A stretch of DNA of 64,000 bases from Deferribacter thermophilus (GTDB lineage: Bacteria; Chrysiogenota; Deferribacteres; Deferribacterales; Deferribacteraceae): positions 25,521 to 89,520 of the forward strand of contig NZ_JAPNXM010000007.1 of NCBI RefSeq assembly GCF_049472675.1, given 5' to 3'. Of the stretch, positions 39,446 to 50,019 are shown piece by piece; the first letter of the stretch is position 1; each line of letters begins with the position of its first letter. Position numbers and translations under genes: made by a program. The notes beneath the pieces are model-generated. The model had not been told where the DNA came from. It made no database searches and saw only the letters and a program-made list of their open reading frames with translations.

Positions 39446-42400
39446 TGAGGATTGCTATGGGCAAATGCATTACAATATCTTTAATAATAATTTTAATGTG
39501 TTTTTTTAATCCAGTATTATCTCAAGCTGCAAAACCATCAAACAACTCAGATGCTGGACAAATGGTTACTTACTGCTCTATACCACCATTTGTTTCCTCA
39601 GCTATTCAGCCAAATGTGCTAATAATACTGGATAATTCTGGAAGCATGTTTGAATTTGTATATAAAGAAGAAAAATCTACAAGATCATACTCTAACGATT
39701 GTTCAAATGATGCTACAGTTTATTCAGGATACAAAGATAATGAAACCTATTTTGGCCTTTTTGATCCTAATAAGAAATACTCATATAATACTACTAATGA
39801 TTATTTCTATGAAATAGAAAATGGTGAATGGAGTGGTAATTTTTTAAATTGGTTAACAACCAGGAGAATAGATGCAGTAAAAAAAGTATTAACTGGAGGA
39901 AAATATATCATCACCAATGATGGAAATATTTTGTTAACTGCAACAGATAATTTTGATAGAGATAGTCGAAAAATATTAGAAAATAATGTACAAAATCTCA
40001 CTGGACTTAATAATTATAACGATCAAGGTGCTTATTTTTACTTTTACAATAATAATAATAATAATAATAATAACTTTGTTTATTTTGATGTTAGACCTGC
40101 AACATGGAATAATAACTGTTGGGTAGTTGATAATAATCCTACAACATTTAGAGTTGCTTTGAAAGTCGAAACACAACCCTCTGGGATAATACAGAAAACA
40201 TGGGATAAAGTAAGATATGGACTTTTCACCTTTAATTATGACGATGGAGGTCATTTAGTTTCTGAAATAGGGAGTAAATATGATAATCCAACATTTATTG
40301 ATGACATAAATAAAATCACTCCGTCAACTTGGACTCCACTTGGAGAAACTCTATATGAAGCTACTTTATATTTTAAAGGAGATAAAACTTTTTATAACGG
40401 TGATTATACATATAATAGCCCTATCCAATATAGTTGTCAGCAAAATTATGTTCTTATTTTAACTGATGGTGAATCAACAAGGGATAAAAACTTTCCAAAC
40501 AAACTTGATAGTAATGACCCAAATAGCACAATTGATAATCTTCTTGACATTATTGAAGAAAATGAGGGGTTTAATGATAACAGATTACATAATGACTTAA
40601 ATGATTCCAATGGATCATATAGCTTAGCTGCAGTATCTTATTGGGCTCATACTACAGATTTAAGAGAAGACTTAACAGGTACTCAAAAATTAAATATTTT
40701 TACAATCTTTGCATTTGATGATTCGGAAAACGCAAAAGATTTACTTAAACTTTCAGCAAAATACGGTTCTTTTGCTGATAATAATTTTAATAATTTGCCA
40801 GACAATTCAAACGAATGGGATGCAAACAATGATAATATTTCTGACAACTATTTCGAGGTCAATAAAGCAACTGATTTAGAAACAAGTTTAAGTACAACAA
40901 TTGCTAAAATTTTGCAAGGGGCAGCAGCAGGTTCTGGTGTAGCCCTCATGACTGATAGGACAAGTAGCACAAGTATTGCTATCCAAGGTTTATTTGAAAA
41001 CAAAAAGGATATTGATAATTCAACATTGACATGGATTGGACGTTTATTTGGGTGGTGGGTTTATGCAATAGAAAAAGATAATGAAAGTATAAAAGTTAAC
41101 ATTAGAGAAGATACAATAAATAATAAAAAGTTTAAATTAACAGAAGATAGAATTTTAACATATGATTATGACGTATTAGATAATAAATTAGTGCTAAAAC
41201 TTATTACATGTGATGACAATGGCTCTGGTCTAATTGATAATTCTAGTTGTAAAACTTTCTATTCTTTTGACGACATTACACCAATATGGGATGCAAGTGA
41301 AGAATTATTAAATAGAGAAGCTGATAATAGAACAATTTACACATATAATGATAATGGAGATCTTATTCCAATTGATGATTACAATAACTCAGAATTGTTT
41401 GGTACAGATAATACCACATATATCACATCTTTAATAGATTACATAAAAGGTATTGATTCTGATAACTATAGAAATAGAACAATTAAAGTTGATAATGAAC
41501 AAAAAGTATGGAAGTTAGGTGACATTATCCACTCTAGACCTATGTTGGTAAAGTATGATGATTATACTGTTGCTTATGTTGGAGCAAATGACGGAATGCT
41601 TCATGCATTTAAGGTAGGTTATGCTAAAAAATTAAGAGATGATCCAGAGGGTTATTTAGCAGTCTTACAAAATTCTAAAAATGACAGTGGACAGAATGAA
41701 ATAGGTAAAGAGCTATGGGGATTTATACCACATTCTGTTATCCCATATTTAAAATTTCTGGCAGACCCAAATTATTGCCATTTATATTATGTGGATGCAC
41801 AACCATATATAATAGAAGAAGATGGAAAGAAAATCTTAATCGGCGGATTAAGATTAGGTGGGGGTTGCTATTGTAGTAAGCAGGAAGCTGCTGATGAATG
41901 TGTCAAAAGTCCTGATAACGAAAATGGACTATCGTCATACTTTGCACTAGACATTACAGATCCAGAAAATCCAAAATTTCTGTGGGAATTTAATCATAAA
42001 GACTTAGGTTTTTCATACTCTGGTCCTGCTTATATAAAACGCCCCGAAGGTAAATATATAATGTTTTCTTCAGGACCTACTACATATGATGGTCACTCCT
42101 CTAAGTCATTGAAATTTTTTATTTTAAAATTAGATGAAGATTTCAAATTAATAAATAATACTCCAGATGTTTTAGACGGTAAAACTCAAAACGCATTTGG
42201 TGGTAAACTATATACAACTGGTATTGATAAAAATGAAGATGGTTTTACTGATTTTATAGTAACAGGTATTGTAAAAAATGTAGGTAAAACAAATTCTCAA
42301 GGTGGTTTAGTCGTAATCCATACCAAAGGAGGAGATCCATCAGCTTGGACTGTTTATCAAAATTATTATAATTTTAGCCAAAACCCAACCGTTTCTAAAG

Positions 42401-43113
42401 TCGAAGCAGGCAAATGTTTTAACTTAGGTTATTATTTGTTTTTTGGTAGCGGTAGATATTTTTATCCTGGAGATGATGAAGGAACCTCAGGTGTTGGAAA
42501 CGAAGAGAATTATATTTACGGAATACCTTTTGACTGTGATGTTGAAGAAGGTTGCAAAGGGACTGTTAACAATATTAAATCTGTAGAGCTATTAGATGAC
42601 CCTTGTAATGACCTAACAAATTTTGAAATCACAAACAATGAGTCTAAGGAACTAGGGTGGAAAATAAAATTAGACCCTACTGATAATGTATATTTAAAGG
42701 AAAGAAATATTATAGACCCTGTTTTAGTAAAAAATAAAAACAATCCAGCTAATAGATATACTAATAATAGAGATTACTGGACATCGCAAATCATTACATT
42801 TATTACAAACAAATATGAAAAAGATCCATGTATTTTAAAAGGTAAAAGTAAAATATGGGCACTTAACTGTGCTACTGGTGGTCCTTTAAGACCAGACAAT
42901 ATTACTCACAAAATTTGTAGTAATTATCAAGTAACTGACGACTTTGCTATATTTACTACAGCTAGTACAGGTGAAATTTCTATTGTAACAGATGACGATG
43001 TAGGAACTGAAAGATTCATCGAAAAAGATAGTAATATTATAGCTTCTGATTTAGGTGAAGACTTAACTGGTAACAATAGAAAAGGTAGAATACTTTTATG
43101 GATAGAAAAATAA
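39445..43113 (+). CDS. pilY1: Type IV pilus tip-associated adhesin, PilY1/PilC-like, with an N-terminal vWA domain
   Basis: Signal peptide. vWA MIDAS motif LIILDNSGSM. C-terminal PilY1-type region with a Ca-binding-like loop DKNEDGFTD. 1222 aa, followed by four prepilin genes. Confidence 0.7.
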   Translation: MRIAMGKCITISLIIILMCFFNPVLSQAAKPSNNSDAGQMVTYCSIPPFVSSAIQPNVLIILDNSGSMFEFVYKEEKSTRSYSNDCSNDATVYSGYKDNETYFGLFDPNKKYSYNTTNDYFYEIENGEWSGNFLNWLTTRRIDAVKKVLTGGKYIITNDGNILLTATDNFDRDSRKILENNVQNLTGLNNYNDQGAYFYFYNNNNNNNNNFVYFDVRPATWNNNCWVVDNNPTTFRVALKVETQPSGIIQKTWDKVRYGLFTFNYDDGGHLVSEIGSKYDNPTFIDDINKITPSTWTPLGETLYEATLYFKGDKTFYNGDYTYNSPIQYSCQQNYVLILTDGESTRDKNFPNKLDSNDPNSTIDNLLDIIEENEGFNDNRLHNDLNDSNGSYSLAAVSYWAHTTDLREDLTGTQKLNIFTIFAFDDSENAKDLLKLSAKYGSFADNNFNNLPDNSNEWDANNDNISDNYFEVNKATDLETSLSTTIAKILQGAAAGSGVALMTDRTSSTSIAIQGLFENKKDIDNSTLTWIGRLFGWWVYAIEKDNESIKVNIREDTINNKKFKLTEDRILTYDYDVLDNKLVLKLITCDDNGSGLIDNSSCKTFYSFDDITPIWDASEELLNREADNRTIYTYNDNGDLIPIDDYNNSELFGTDNTTYITSLIDYIKGIDSDNYRNRTIKVDNEQKVWKLGDIIHSRPMLVKYDDYTVAYVGANDGMLHAFKVGYAKKLRDDPEGYLAVLQNSKNDSGQNEIGKELWGFIPHSVIPYLKFLADPNYCHLYYVDAQPYIIEEDGKKILIGGLRLGGGCYCSKQEAADECVKSPDNENGLSSYFALDITDPENPKFLWEFNHKDLGFSYSGPAYIKRPEGKYIMFSSGPTTYDGHSSKSLKFFILKLDEDFKLINNTPDVLDGKTQNAFGGKLYTTGIDKNEDGFTDFIVTGIVKNVGKTNSQGGLVVIHTKGGDPSAWTVYQNYYNFSQNPTVSKVEAGKCFNLGYYLFFGSGRYFYPGDDEGTSGVGNEENYIYGIPFDCDVEEGCKGTVNNIKSVELLDDPCNDLTNFEITNNESKELGWKIKLDPTDNVYLKERNIIDPVLVKNKNNPANRYTNNRDYWTSQIITFITNKYEKDPCILKGKSKIWALNCATGGPLRPDNITHKICSNYQVTDDFAIFTTASTGEISIVTDDDVGTERFIEKDSNIIASDLGEDLTGNNRKGRILLWIEK
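40048..40074 (+). repeat. (AAT)8-AAC trinucleotide tract encoding N9 inside pilY1
   Basis: Direct observation: FYFYNNNNNNNNNFVYF. Confidence 0.9.
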
Positions 43114-43559
43114 TGAATAAAAAAGGGATAACTCTAATAGAATTACTTGTAGTAATATCAATTCTTGGTATAATATTAGCTATAGCAATACCAAATTATA
43201 ATAAATGGAAGATAAAGCATGAAAGAGAGAAAGAGTTGAGACAACTATATTCCATAATACAACAATACAGGACAAAAGCTTTTACTGAAAAAACAAGCTT
43301 CACACTTGAATTTCCTTCACAAAATAAATTAGACATTAAAAATGACAATGGAACTATCGTTAGCTCAATAACATTTAAAATATCCTTTGATAATCCAAGC
43401 ACTATAACAATTGACGATAGAGGTACTCTATCGAATATTTCAATCAAATTAATTAGTGATTCAATAAATGATTCACTACCTTACAATTGTATTGTCAGCA
43501 ACGGTATAAGAGTTAGATTAGGGAAAATAGATGGTGGTGGTAGCTGTGTTGCAAAATAA
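43113..43559 (+). CDS. Type IV minor pilin / pseudopilin (FimT/GspH-like)
   Basis: Prepilin leader MNKKG|ITLIELLVV with Glu+5. Start overlaps the pilY1 stop. The ORF track gives an upstream start at 43098. Confidence 0.7.
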   Translation: MNKKGITLIELLVVISILGIILAIAIPNYNKWKIKHEREKELRQLYSIIQQYRTKAFTEKTSFTLEFPSQNKLDIKNDNGTIVSSITFKISFDNPSTITIDDRGTLSNISIKLISDSINDSLPYNCIVSNGIRVRLGKIDGGGSCVAK

Positions 43560-43965
43560 AAAAGGATTTACATTAATAGAAATGATGGTTAGTTTATTTA
43601 TTTTTTCTGTGGCATTACTTGGGCTTGTAGCTTCGATGATAACTGTCAAAAAAATGAATATGAGAAATAATGTCAGAAATATTGCAATTGAGCAGGTTAA
43701 TAATGAAATCGAGAAATTAAGAGCATACGGTTTTAACAAGATAGATAATTTAATTGGCTCCTGTGAAAATATAGAGTGCTCCCCTGCAAACGACAACTGC
43801 AGCATGAAAGCCCAATATAGAAATACATGGATAAGTATAGGGAAATCTTTTACTGTAAATACTTCTGGCACTACTAAAGAAATAGTTATTACCTCTTGTT
43901 GGGAACTTTTTGGTAAAAAATATACTTATACAACTCAAACCTATATCGCAAAGGATATACAATGA
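43531..43965 (+). CDS. Type IV minor pilin (PilV-like)
   Basis: ..KKG|FTLIEMMVSL prepilin motif. The true start is probably an internal TTG/GTG just upstream of QNKKG. Confidence 0.65.
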   Translation: MVVVAVLQNKKGFTLIEMMVSLFIFSVALLGLVASMITVKKMNMRNNVRNIAIEQVNNEIEKLRAYGFNKIDNLIGSCENIECSPANDNCSMKAQYRNTWISIGKSFTVNTSGTTKEIVITSCWELFGKKYTYTTQTYIAKDIQ

Positions 43966-44882
43966 ACAAAAAAGGTTTAACATTAATAGAACTCTTAATA
44001 GTGATTTTTTTATTGGCTATTATATTATCAGCTGTTTATATAACCTATACTACACTTTTAAAAGATTACAGAAAAGAAACTAAGAATATAGAAACAGAAA
44101 TAGAAAAAATGGTGGGACTTGATATTTTAAGACTTGATATCACCCATGCTGGATACGGTATATCAGATAATGAAACATCAAAAGTGATAGAATGTATTAA
44201 TTGTGAAGATCCTGATAATATTTCTTTTATAATTAGATCCACTTTTAATGTTACAAACAACGATACCCAACACTGGATCTTTGTAGATGCTGATGATAAT
44301 AAAACAATTGGAACGCCAGATAACAATATAAAATATGTATATATTGATATTAATAAAAAACTTTTAAAAGATAGTGCTTTGTGGACTAACAAGCCTAACA
44401 GTGGGAAATATATTGCTTACCCTGTACAAGACAATGCTACAGGTTGTTCTAATCAAACTTGTACAAAAATAACTTACAAACTAAGCACAACTAATTTACC
44501 TGAAACATGTAATCCTAATACCTTTAAATTACTCAGGGCAGTAAATAATGGTAATGGAGATCCAATTTTAGATTGTGTTGCAGATTTTAAATTAAGATTT
44601 GATTATGATAAAAATAACGATGGAGAAATAAACAGTAACGAAGAATTATTAAGTTTTGATAATATAAGTAGTGATAATTCAACTGCATTTAGAAATAAAC
44701 TAAAAAGAGTCAGAATATTTATACTTTTACAAGATGGCGGATATGATAGAGACTTTACTTTTCAGGGAGCTGACAGTAACAACAAAATAACTGTTGATGG
44801 TGTAAAATTACAACTTCCAAACAACTATACTCATTATAGATGGAAAACTGTTGTGTATACAATAAAACCTATGGATTTATGA
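43962..44882 (+). CDS. Type IV minor pilin (PilW-like)
   Basis: MNKKG|LTLIELLIV prepilin motif. 306 aa. Confidence 0.65.
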   Translation: MNKKGLTLIELLIVIFLLAIILSAVYITYTTLLKDYRKETKNIETEIEKMVGLDILRLDITHAGYGISDNETSKVIECINCEDPDNISFIIRSTFNVTNNDTQHWIFVDADDNKTIGTPDNNIKYVYIDINKKLLKDSALWTNKPNSGKYIAYPVQDNATGCSNQTCTKITYKLSTTNLPETCNPNTFKLLRAVNNGNGDPILDCVADFKLRFDYDKNNDGEINSNEELLSFDNISSDNSTAFRNKLKRVRIFILLQDGGYDRDFTFQGADSNNKITVDGVKLQLPNNYTHYRWKTVVYTIKPMDL

Positions 44883-44883
44883 T

Positions 44884-45315
44884 ATGAAAAAATTAGCAAA
44901 TTTACCTAAATTAAACAATAAGGGTATTGCTCTTTTAACAACTCTTATTTTATCGCTAGTTGCTTTAGGTTTTGTGGCAGCTATAATGTATATGCTAAAC
45001 TCATCTACAAACATTTCTGGAACACATAAAAGATACCAAAATGCACTGATGGCAGCAAGAGGTGCTAGTGAATATATAATGGACAAATTAGTATCTGGCG
45101 ATGAATCAGATTTATGCAATACTACAACATGCCCTGAAAATACACCAATTGATTTGAGCGATTTATTCAGCGATTATGAAGTAAAAGCTACTTTATTAAA
45201 CAGATATGAAGATACTGTAAGTGATATTATAATTTATTCCTTTCGTGTTACTGCAACCAATAAAAACAATCCAAAAGAAAAAAGTATTATAGAGTTTGTA
45301 TATAAAGTTGAATAA
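44884..45315 (+). CDS. PilX-like minor pilin lacking Glu+5
   Basis: ..NNKG|IALLTTLIL prepilin-like N-terminus without E5, as in PilX/GspK-type proteins. Confidence 0.55.
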   Translation: MKKLANLPKLNNKGIALLTTLILSLVALGFVAAIMYMLNSSTNISGTHKRYQNALMAARGASEYIMDKLVSGDESDLCNTTTCPENTPIDLSDLFSDYEVKATLLNRYEDTVSDIIIYSFRVTATNKNNPKEKSIIEFVYKVE

Positions 45316-45391
45316 TTTCTTTTTCAAATTTCTTGATTATAATCTTTTGTTTTGTTAATATCTTTGAAAATTTTATAGGGGGGTAAAAAAG

Positions 45392-47014
45392 GTGAAAAAA
45401 TTTAAAGTTTTAATTACTGATCATATTGCAGAGGAAGGGATTAAAATCTTACTTGATAGCAAAGATATAGAAGTAGAAGAAAAACCAGGCATTTCTCATG
45501 AAGAGCTAAAAAAGATTATTGGCAACTATGATGCAATAATCACCCGCAGTGGAACCACAATCACATCAGATCTTTTAGAAAATCCAGGAAAATTAAAAAT
45601 TATTGGCCGTGCCGGGGTAGGATTAGATAATGTTGACATAGAAACAGCAAGTAAAAAAGGTATAATAGTAATGAATGCCCCTACAGGTAACACACTTGCT
45701 GCAACAGAACTCACTATGGGAATGATGCTTGCTGCAGCTAGAAAAATCCCAGCTGCCCATATCTCATTAAAAAATGGTGAGTGGAACAGAAAGAAATTTA
45801 TGGGGATACAGCTTTTTAATAAGACTCTAGGAATAGTAGGACTTGGTAGAATTGGTAGCAATGTAGCTATCAGGGCAAAAAGTTTTGGTATGAAAATTGT
45901 AGCTTATGACCCATATATCAAAAAGAGTAAAGCAGAATCACTTGGGGTAACTTTGTTAGATAACCTTGAAGATTTACTTAAAATCTCTGATGTAATTACA
46001 TTTCATACACCTCTTACAAAAGAAACAAAAAATATGATTACTAAAAAAGAAATAGATATGATGAAAGATGGTGTAATCCTTGTCAACTGTGCAAGAGGTG
46101 GTATCATCAATGAAAATGATTTATATGATGCTCTCAAATCAGGAAAAGTCTTCTCAGCTGCAATAGATGTTTTTGAAAAAGAACCACCGAAAGACAACAA
46201 ACTTTTAGAATTAGACAATCTATTCGTAACTCCACACATCGGTGCAAACACTGAAGAAGGTCAAAAAGGGGTTGCTGTTATTATTGCAGAGCAGATAGTA
46301 AATGCCCTTCATGGCAAATCTTATATAAATGCAGTCAACATACCTTTTATGAAATCTCAACTTCCTGAAGATTTACAAATCTATTTTGAACTAATCGAAA
46401 AAATCTCAAAACTAGCAGCTCAAACTGTTAAAGGTAGACCAGACGAAATAAAAGTAACACTTGTAGGTAAAAGATTCGAAGATGACATCTGCGAAAGAAC
46501 CTTTGATACCCCTTTTAGCTACCAACCATTTACAATAGCAGCAATCAAAGGCTTTTTAGAAGTGAGATTACAGGAATCTGTATCATATATTAACGCACCA
46601 TATTTTGCAAAAGATAGAAAAATCAATATAATAGAATCAAAACAGGAAACTTATGATAAATATAACGACCTACTAGTTTTTGAAGTAAAAACTGACAAAG
46701 AACATAGAATTATTGCAGGAACAGTTTTTAACAATAATGAAGGAAGAATAATCCTATTTGATAACTTTAGATTAGACATTATACCTGAAGGTACATTCTT
46801 ATATTTTAGAAATATTGATAGACCAGGAGTAATAGGTAAAGTTGGAACAATCTTAGGTGAAAATAATATAAATATTGCAGGATTTGAATTAGCAAGACAA
46901 AAAGGTGGAGAAGCTATAGCTTTTGTATCTGTTGATAACGAAATCCCTGATTCAGTCTTAGACAAAATAAAGAAAATAGATGGAATGCTAGAAGTAAATT
47001 TAGTAGAACTATGA
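45392..47014 (+). CDS. serA: D-3-phosphoglycerate dehydrogenase
   Basis: 540 aa. NAD-binding GLGRIGS motif, catalytic His, and a C-terminal ACT domain. Confidence 0.9.
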   Translation: MKKFKVLITDHIAEEGIKILLDSKDIEVEEKPGISHEELKKIIGNYDAIITRSGTTITSDLLENPGKLKIIGRAGVGLDNVDIETASKKGIIVMNAPTGNTLAATELTMGMMLAAARKIPAAHISLKNGEWNRKKFMGIQLFNKTLGIVGLGRIGSNVAIRAKSFGMKIVAYDPYIKKSKAESLGVTLLDNLEDLLKISDVITFHTPLTKETKNMITKKEIDMMKDGVILVNCARGGIINENDLYDALKSGKVFSAAIDVFEKEPPKDNKLLELDNLFVTPHIGANTEEGQKGVAVIIAEQIVNALHGKSYINAVNIPFMKSQLPEDLQIYFELIEKISKLAAQTVKGRPDEIKVTLVGKRFEDDICERTFDTPFSYQPFTIAAIKGFLEVRLQESVSYINAPYFAKDRKINIIESKQETYDKYNDLLVFEVKTDKEHRIIAGTVFNNNEGRIILFDNFRLDIIPEGTFLYFRNIDRPGVIGKVGTILGENNINIAGFELARQKGGEAIAFVSVDNEIPDSVLDKIKKIDGMLEVNLVEL

Positions 47015-47409
47015 TAAAATTAAATATAACATCAACAAAAAGAGAACAACTTATTGACATTACTACTGAGATTACAAAAATCATAAATAATGAGGGGTGG
47101 GATGATGGAATACTTCTTATCTACACCCCTCATACAACAGCTGCTATCACAATAAACGAAAATGCCGACCCAACAGTCAAAGATGATATTATATCTTTTT
47201 TAAATAAAAAAATACCTTTAGACTACCCATTCAAACACTTAGAAGGTAATTCTGATGCACACATAAAGTCTTCACTAATTGGTTGCAGTGAGCAAGTTAT
47301 TATAGAAAATGGTAAAATAGTTCTTGGAACATGGCAAGGAGTGTTTTTTTGCGAATTTGATGGGCCTAGAAATAGAACTGTTAATCTAAAATTTATTAAA
47401 TCAAAATAA
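47011..47409 (+). CDS. YjbQ/UPF0047-family protein (secondary thiamine-phosphate synthase-like)
   Basis: 132 aa. HTTAAITINEN motif. Confidence 0.8.
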   Translation: MIKLNITSTKREQLIDITTEITKIINNEGWDDGILLIYTPHTTAAITINENADPTVKDDIISFLNKKIPLDYPFKHLEGNSDAHIKSSLIGCSEQVIIENGKIVLGTWQGVFFCEFDGPRNRTVNLKFIKSK

Positions 47410-48060
47410 ATGTACAATCATTTAATCAATTTACAAAAAAAATTAGCTAAAAGAGTAAGATTAACACCTTATAAAAAAGATTTTAAACTGATTGCAGGAA
47501 TTGATGTATCCTTTTCAATAAAACATTCACTTTCATTTTGCTCTATTGTTGTTTTGAACAAATATTTTGAATTAATAGAAGTTTCTTGTTCCTTCAAAAA
47601 AATAAATTTACCATATATTCCTGGGTTATTATCATTTAGAGAACTACCTGTAATTTTTCAAGCTTATAAAAAATTAAAAAATAAACCTGATATATTTATC
47701 CTTGATTCACAAGGTATAGCACACCCTAGAAAATTAGGTCTTGCAAGCCACTTTGGTGTAGTTTTTAATGTGCCTTCAATAGGTTGTGCTAAATCAAAAC
47801 TCGTTGGTACTTATAAAGTTCCACCTGCAAAAAAATTATCTTTTACTGAGCTAATTTATAAAAATGAAATTGTTGGTTATGTTTTACGAAGTAGAGAAAA
47901 TGTAAAACCAATATTTATATCCCCCGGAAATTTGGTTGATTTTGATTCTTCATTAAACATAATTAAACAAATGCTCAATAAATACAGACTCCCAGAACCA
48001 ACAAGATTAGCTCATATATATGCTGAAAAATTTAAAAAACATATTTTAAAAACACTTTAA
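47410..48060 (+). CDS. nfi: Endonuclease V
   Basis: AGIDVSF motif. 216 aa. Confidence 0.85.
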   Translation: MYNHLINLQKKLAKRVRLTPYKKDFKLIAGIDVSFSIKHSLSFCSIVVLNKYFELIEVSCSFKKINLPYIPGLLSFRELPVIFQAYKKLKNKPDIFILDSQGIAHPRKLGLASHFGVVFNVPSIGCAKSKLVGTYKVPPAKKLSFTELIYKNEIVGYVLRSRENVKPIFISPGNLVDFDSSLNIIKQMLNKYRLPEPTRLAHIYAEKFKKHILKTL

Positions 48061-48082
48061 AATTGTTGATTTTTATGAAATA

Positions 48083-50002
48083 TTGTTTTATTTATGTAAA
48101 CAAAAACAGGGTTATTGTATGATTTCACATTTGAATGAACTATGTGTTAATTATAAAAGAAAAAATTTTAATTACGATTATATAAAACAGCTTTATGAAT
48201 TATCAAATAACTTAAGAGCTTTTTATAAACAGTTAGCATTAGAGCTCTTAGATTGGGAAGATGAATTCTTAGTACCTTGCAATAATGAAGAAAATTTTGA
48301 AACTCAATGGTTCATAAAAGGGAAAATTAGTCCAATTAAAAATATATTAAAAAAACATATTCAAAATGGCAGAGGCAACAAAGCAGCTATCATTTGGAGA
48401 GGAAAAGATTACACAGAAAGGATTTTAACTTATAGATCTCTATATGCCGATGTTTCAAAATTTGCTTCTGCTTTGAAAAAATTAAATTTAAATAGAACAG
48501 ATAAAATTTTAATCTTTATGCCAAACATCCCTGAAATTATAATAGCAATGCTTGCTTGTGTTAAACTGGGACTAGTACACACTGTTTATCATCCAAGTTA
48601 TTCTGCTGAAAATTTAGCCAGTCGTTTTGAAGACTGTAAATATTCTATTATAATTACTGCAGATGGCTATTTTTCAAAAACTACCATCAACTTAAAAGAT
48701 AAAGTTGATCAAGCTTTAAATATAAGCCAGCACAAACCAAAATATTGTATCGTTGTTAAAAGGCTTGGTCAAAGAGTACATATGAAACCTCTGAGAGATT
48801 TATGGTATCACGATTTAATTAGTGATGAAGATTATTCAAGAGCCTTTGCAATTGAAGAAGCTGTATATGATGCCAATGATACAATTTTTACTCTTGTTAC
48901 ATCTACACATCTTACTACACAAAAAGCATTAAAGTATAGAGCTGCTGGTTTTTTACTTTGGGCGAAATTTTCGCACTTGTTACTTTTTGATCCAAGTGAT
49001 GAAGATATTTTCTGGAATACTGCAGACATTTCTTGGATTACTGGTCACACATATAAAGTATATGGGCCTTTACTAAATGGTCAAACTATCTTTCTTTTTG
49101 AAGATACTATAGAGGTAGATAATGCAATGGATTTTTATGAGTTTTTAGATAAATATAATATAAACAAATTTTACACAACACCTACTATTTTAAATAGATT
49201 AATGAATGCCGATGAAAAAAAAGGTATTTTTAGAAGACAAAAGTATTTAGAGTTAATTGCAACTGGCGGTGAAAGAAGAAACGAAGAATCTACCAAATGG
49301 GCATTTAAAAAACTTTTAAATAATGAACATCCAATGATAAATATCTATACCATTACAGAAGCAGGTGGTGCAGTTTCTGCCCAAATACTAGGTTTTAGCG
49401 AGATAAAAAACATATTCTCTGTAGGAAAACCGCTTCCAGGTATACCATTGAAAATCATCGACAGTAAAACTGGCTTAGATATTGAGCAACCTTTTATTAA
49501 AGGTGAAATTACTTTTTCCTCCCCATTCCCTTCCCTAACATCTGGCTTTTGTGGAAATACCAAATTGTCAAATAAAATATATATAAAATCGATTGGAATA
49601 AACAAATTTTTTAGAACAGGAGATGGTGGAGAATATCTTGAAGATAAAGATATTCTACTTACAGGTAGGATGGATGATGTTTTACATGTTGGAGGAAAAA
49701 GGATAAATTTCTTAATGATTGAGGATGCAATAAAAAGTCATAAAAACATAAAAGATGCAGCTGTAGTAAATATTATTGATGAAAAAAGAGGGGAAACATT
49801 GATAGCTTTTTGTGTTTTAAATAAAAATATCGATGAAAGCTTTTATAATGATCTTTTTATAGAAATAAATGAATTAATAATTGATAAAGTGGGTGAAGTA
49901 ATTTTACCTGATATTTATAAAATTACTTCAATAATACCTAAACTACCAAACGGAGAAGTTAATAGAGAAATATTAAAAGAAGTTGCTTTACAAATAATAT
50001 AA
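48083..50002 (+). CDS. Acetyl-CoA synthetase-like adenylate-forming-family protein with degenerate catalytic motifs
   Basis: Aligned by eye to the ACS architecture (..AAIIWRG..YRSLY.., WITGHTY, TGD..GRMDDVLHVGGKRI). The phosphate-binding loop is STHLTTQKA instead of SGSTGKPKG. The A10 catalytic Lys position reads PKLPNGE. Confidence 0.65.
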   Translation: MFYLCKQKQGYCMISHLNELCVNYKRKNFNYDYIKQLYELSNNLRAFYKQLALELLDWEDEFLVPCNNEENFETQWFIKGKISPIKNILKKHIQNGRGNKAAIIWRGKDYTERILTYRSLYADVSKFASALKKLNLNRTDKILIFMPNIPEIIIAMLACVKLGLVHTVYHPSYSAENLASRFEDCKYSIIITADGYFSKTTINLKDKVDQALNISQHKPKYCIVVKRLGQRVHMKPLRDLWYHDLISDEDYSRAFAIEEAVYDANDTIFTLVTSTHLTTQKALKYRAAGFLLWAKFSHLLLFDPSDEDIFWNTADISWITGHTYKVYGPLLNGQTIFLFEDTIEVDNAMDFYEFLDKYNINKFYTTPTILNRLMNADEKKGIFRRQKYLELIATGGERRNEESTKWAFKKLLNNEHPMINIYTITEAGGAVSAQILGFSEIKNIFSVGKPLPGIPLKIIDSKTGLDIEQPFIKGEITFSSPFPSLTSGFCGNTKLSNKIYIKSIGINKFFRTGDGGEYLEDKDILLTGRMDDVLHVGGKRINFLMIEDAIKSHKNIKDAAVVNIIDEKRGETLIAFCVLNKNIDESFYNDLFIEINELIIDKVGEVILPDIYKITSIIPKLPNGEVNREILKEVALQII

Positions 50003-50019
50003 TAAATAACGGAGGGTTT

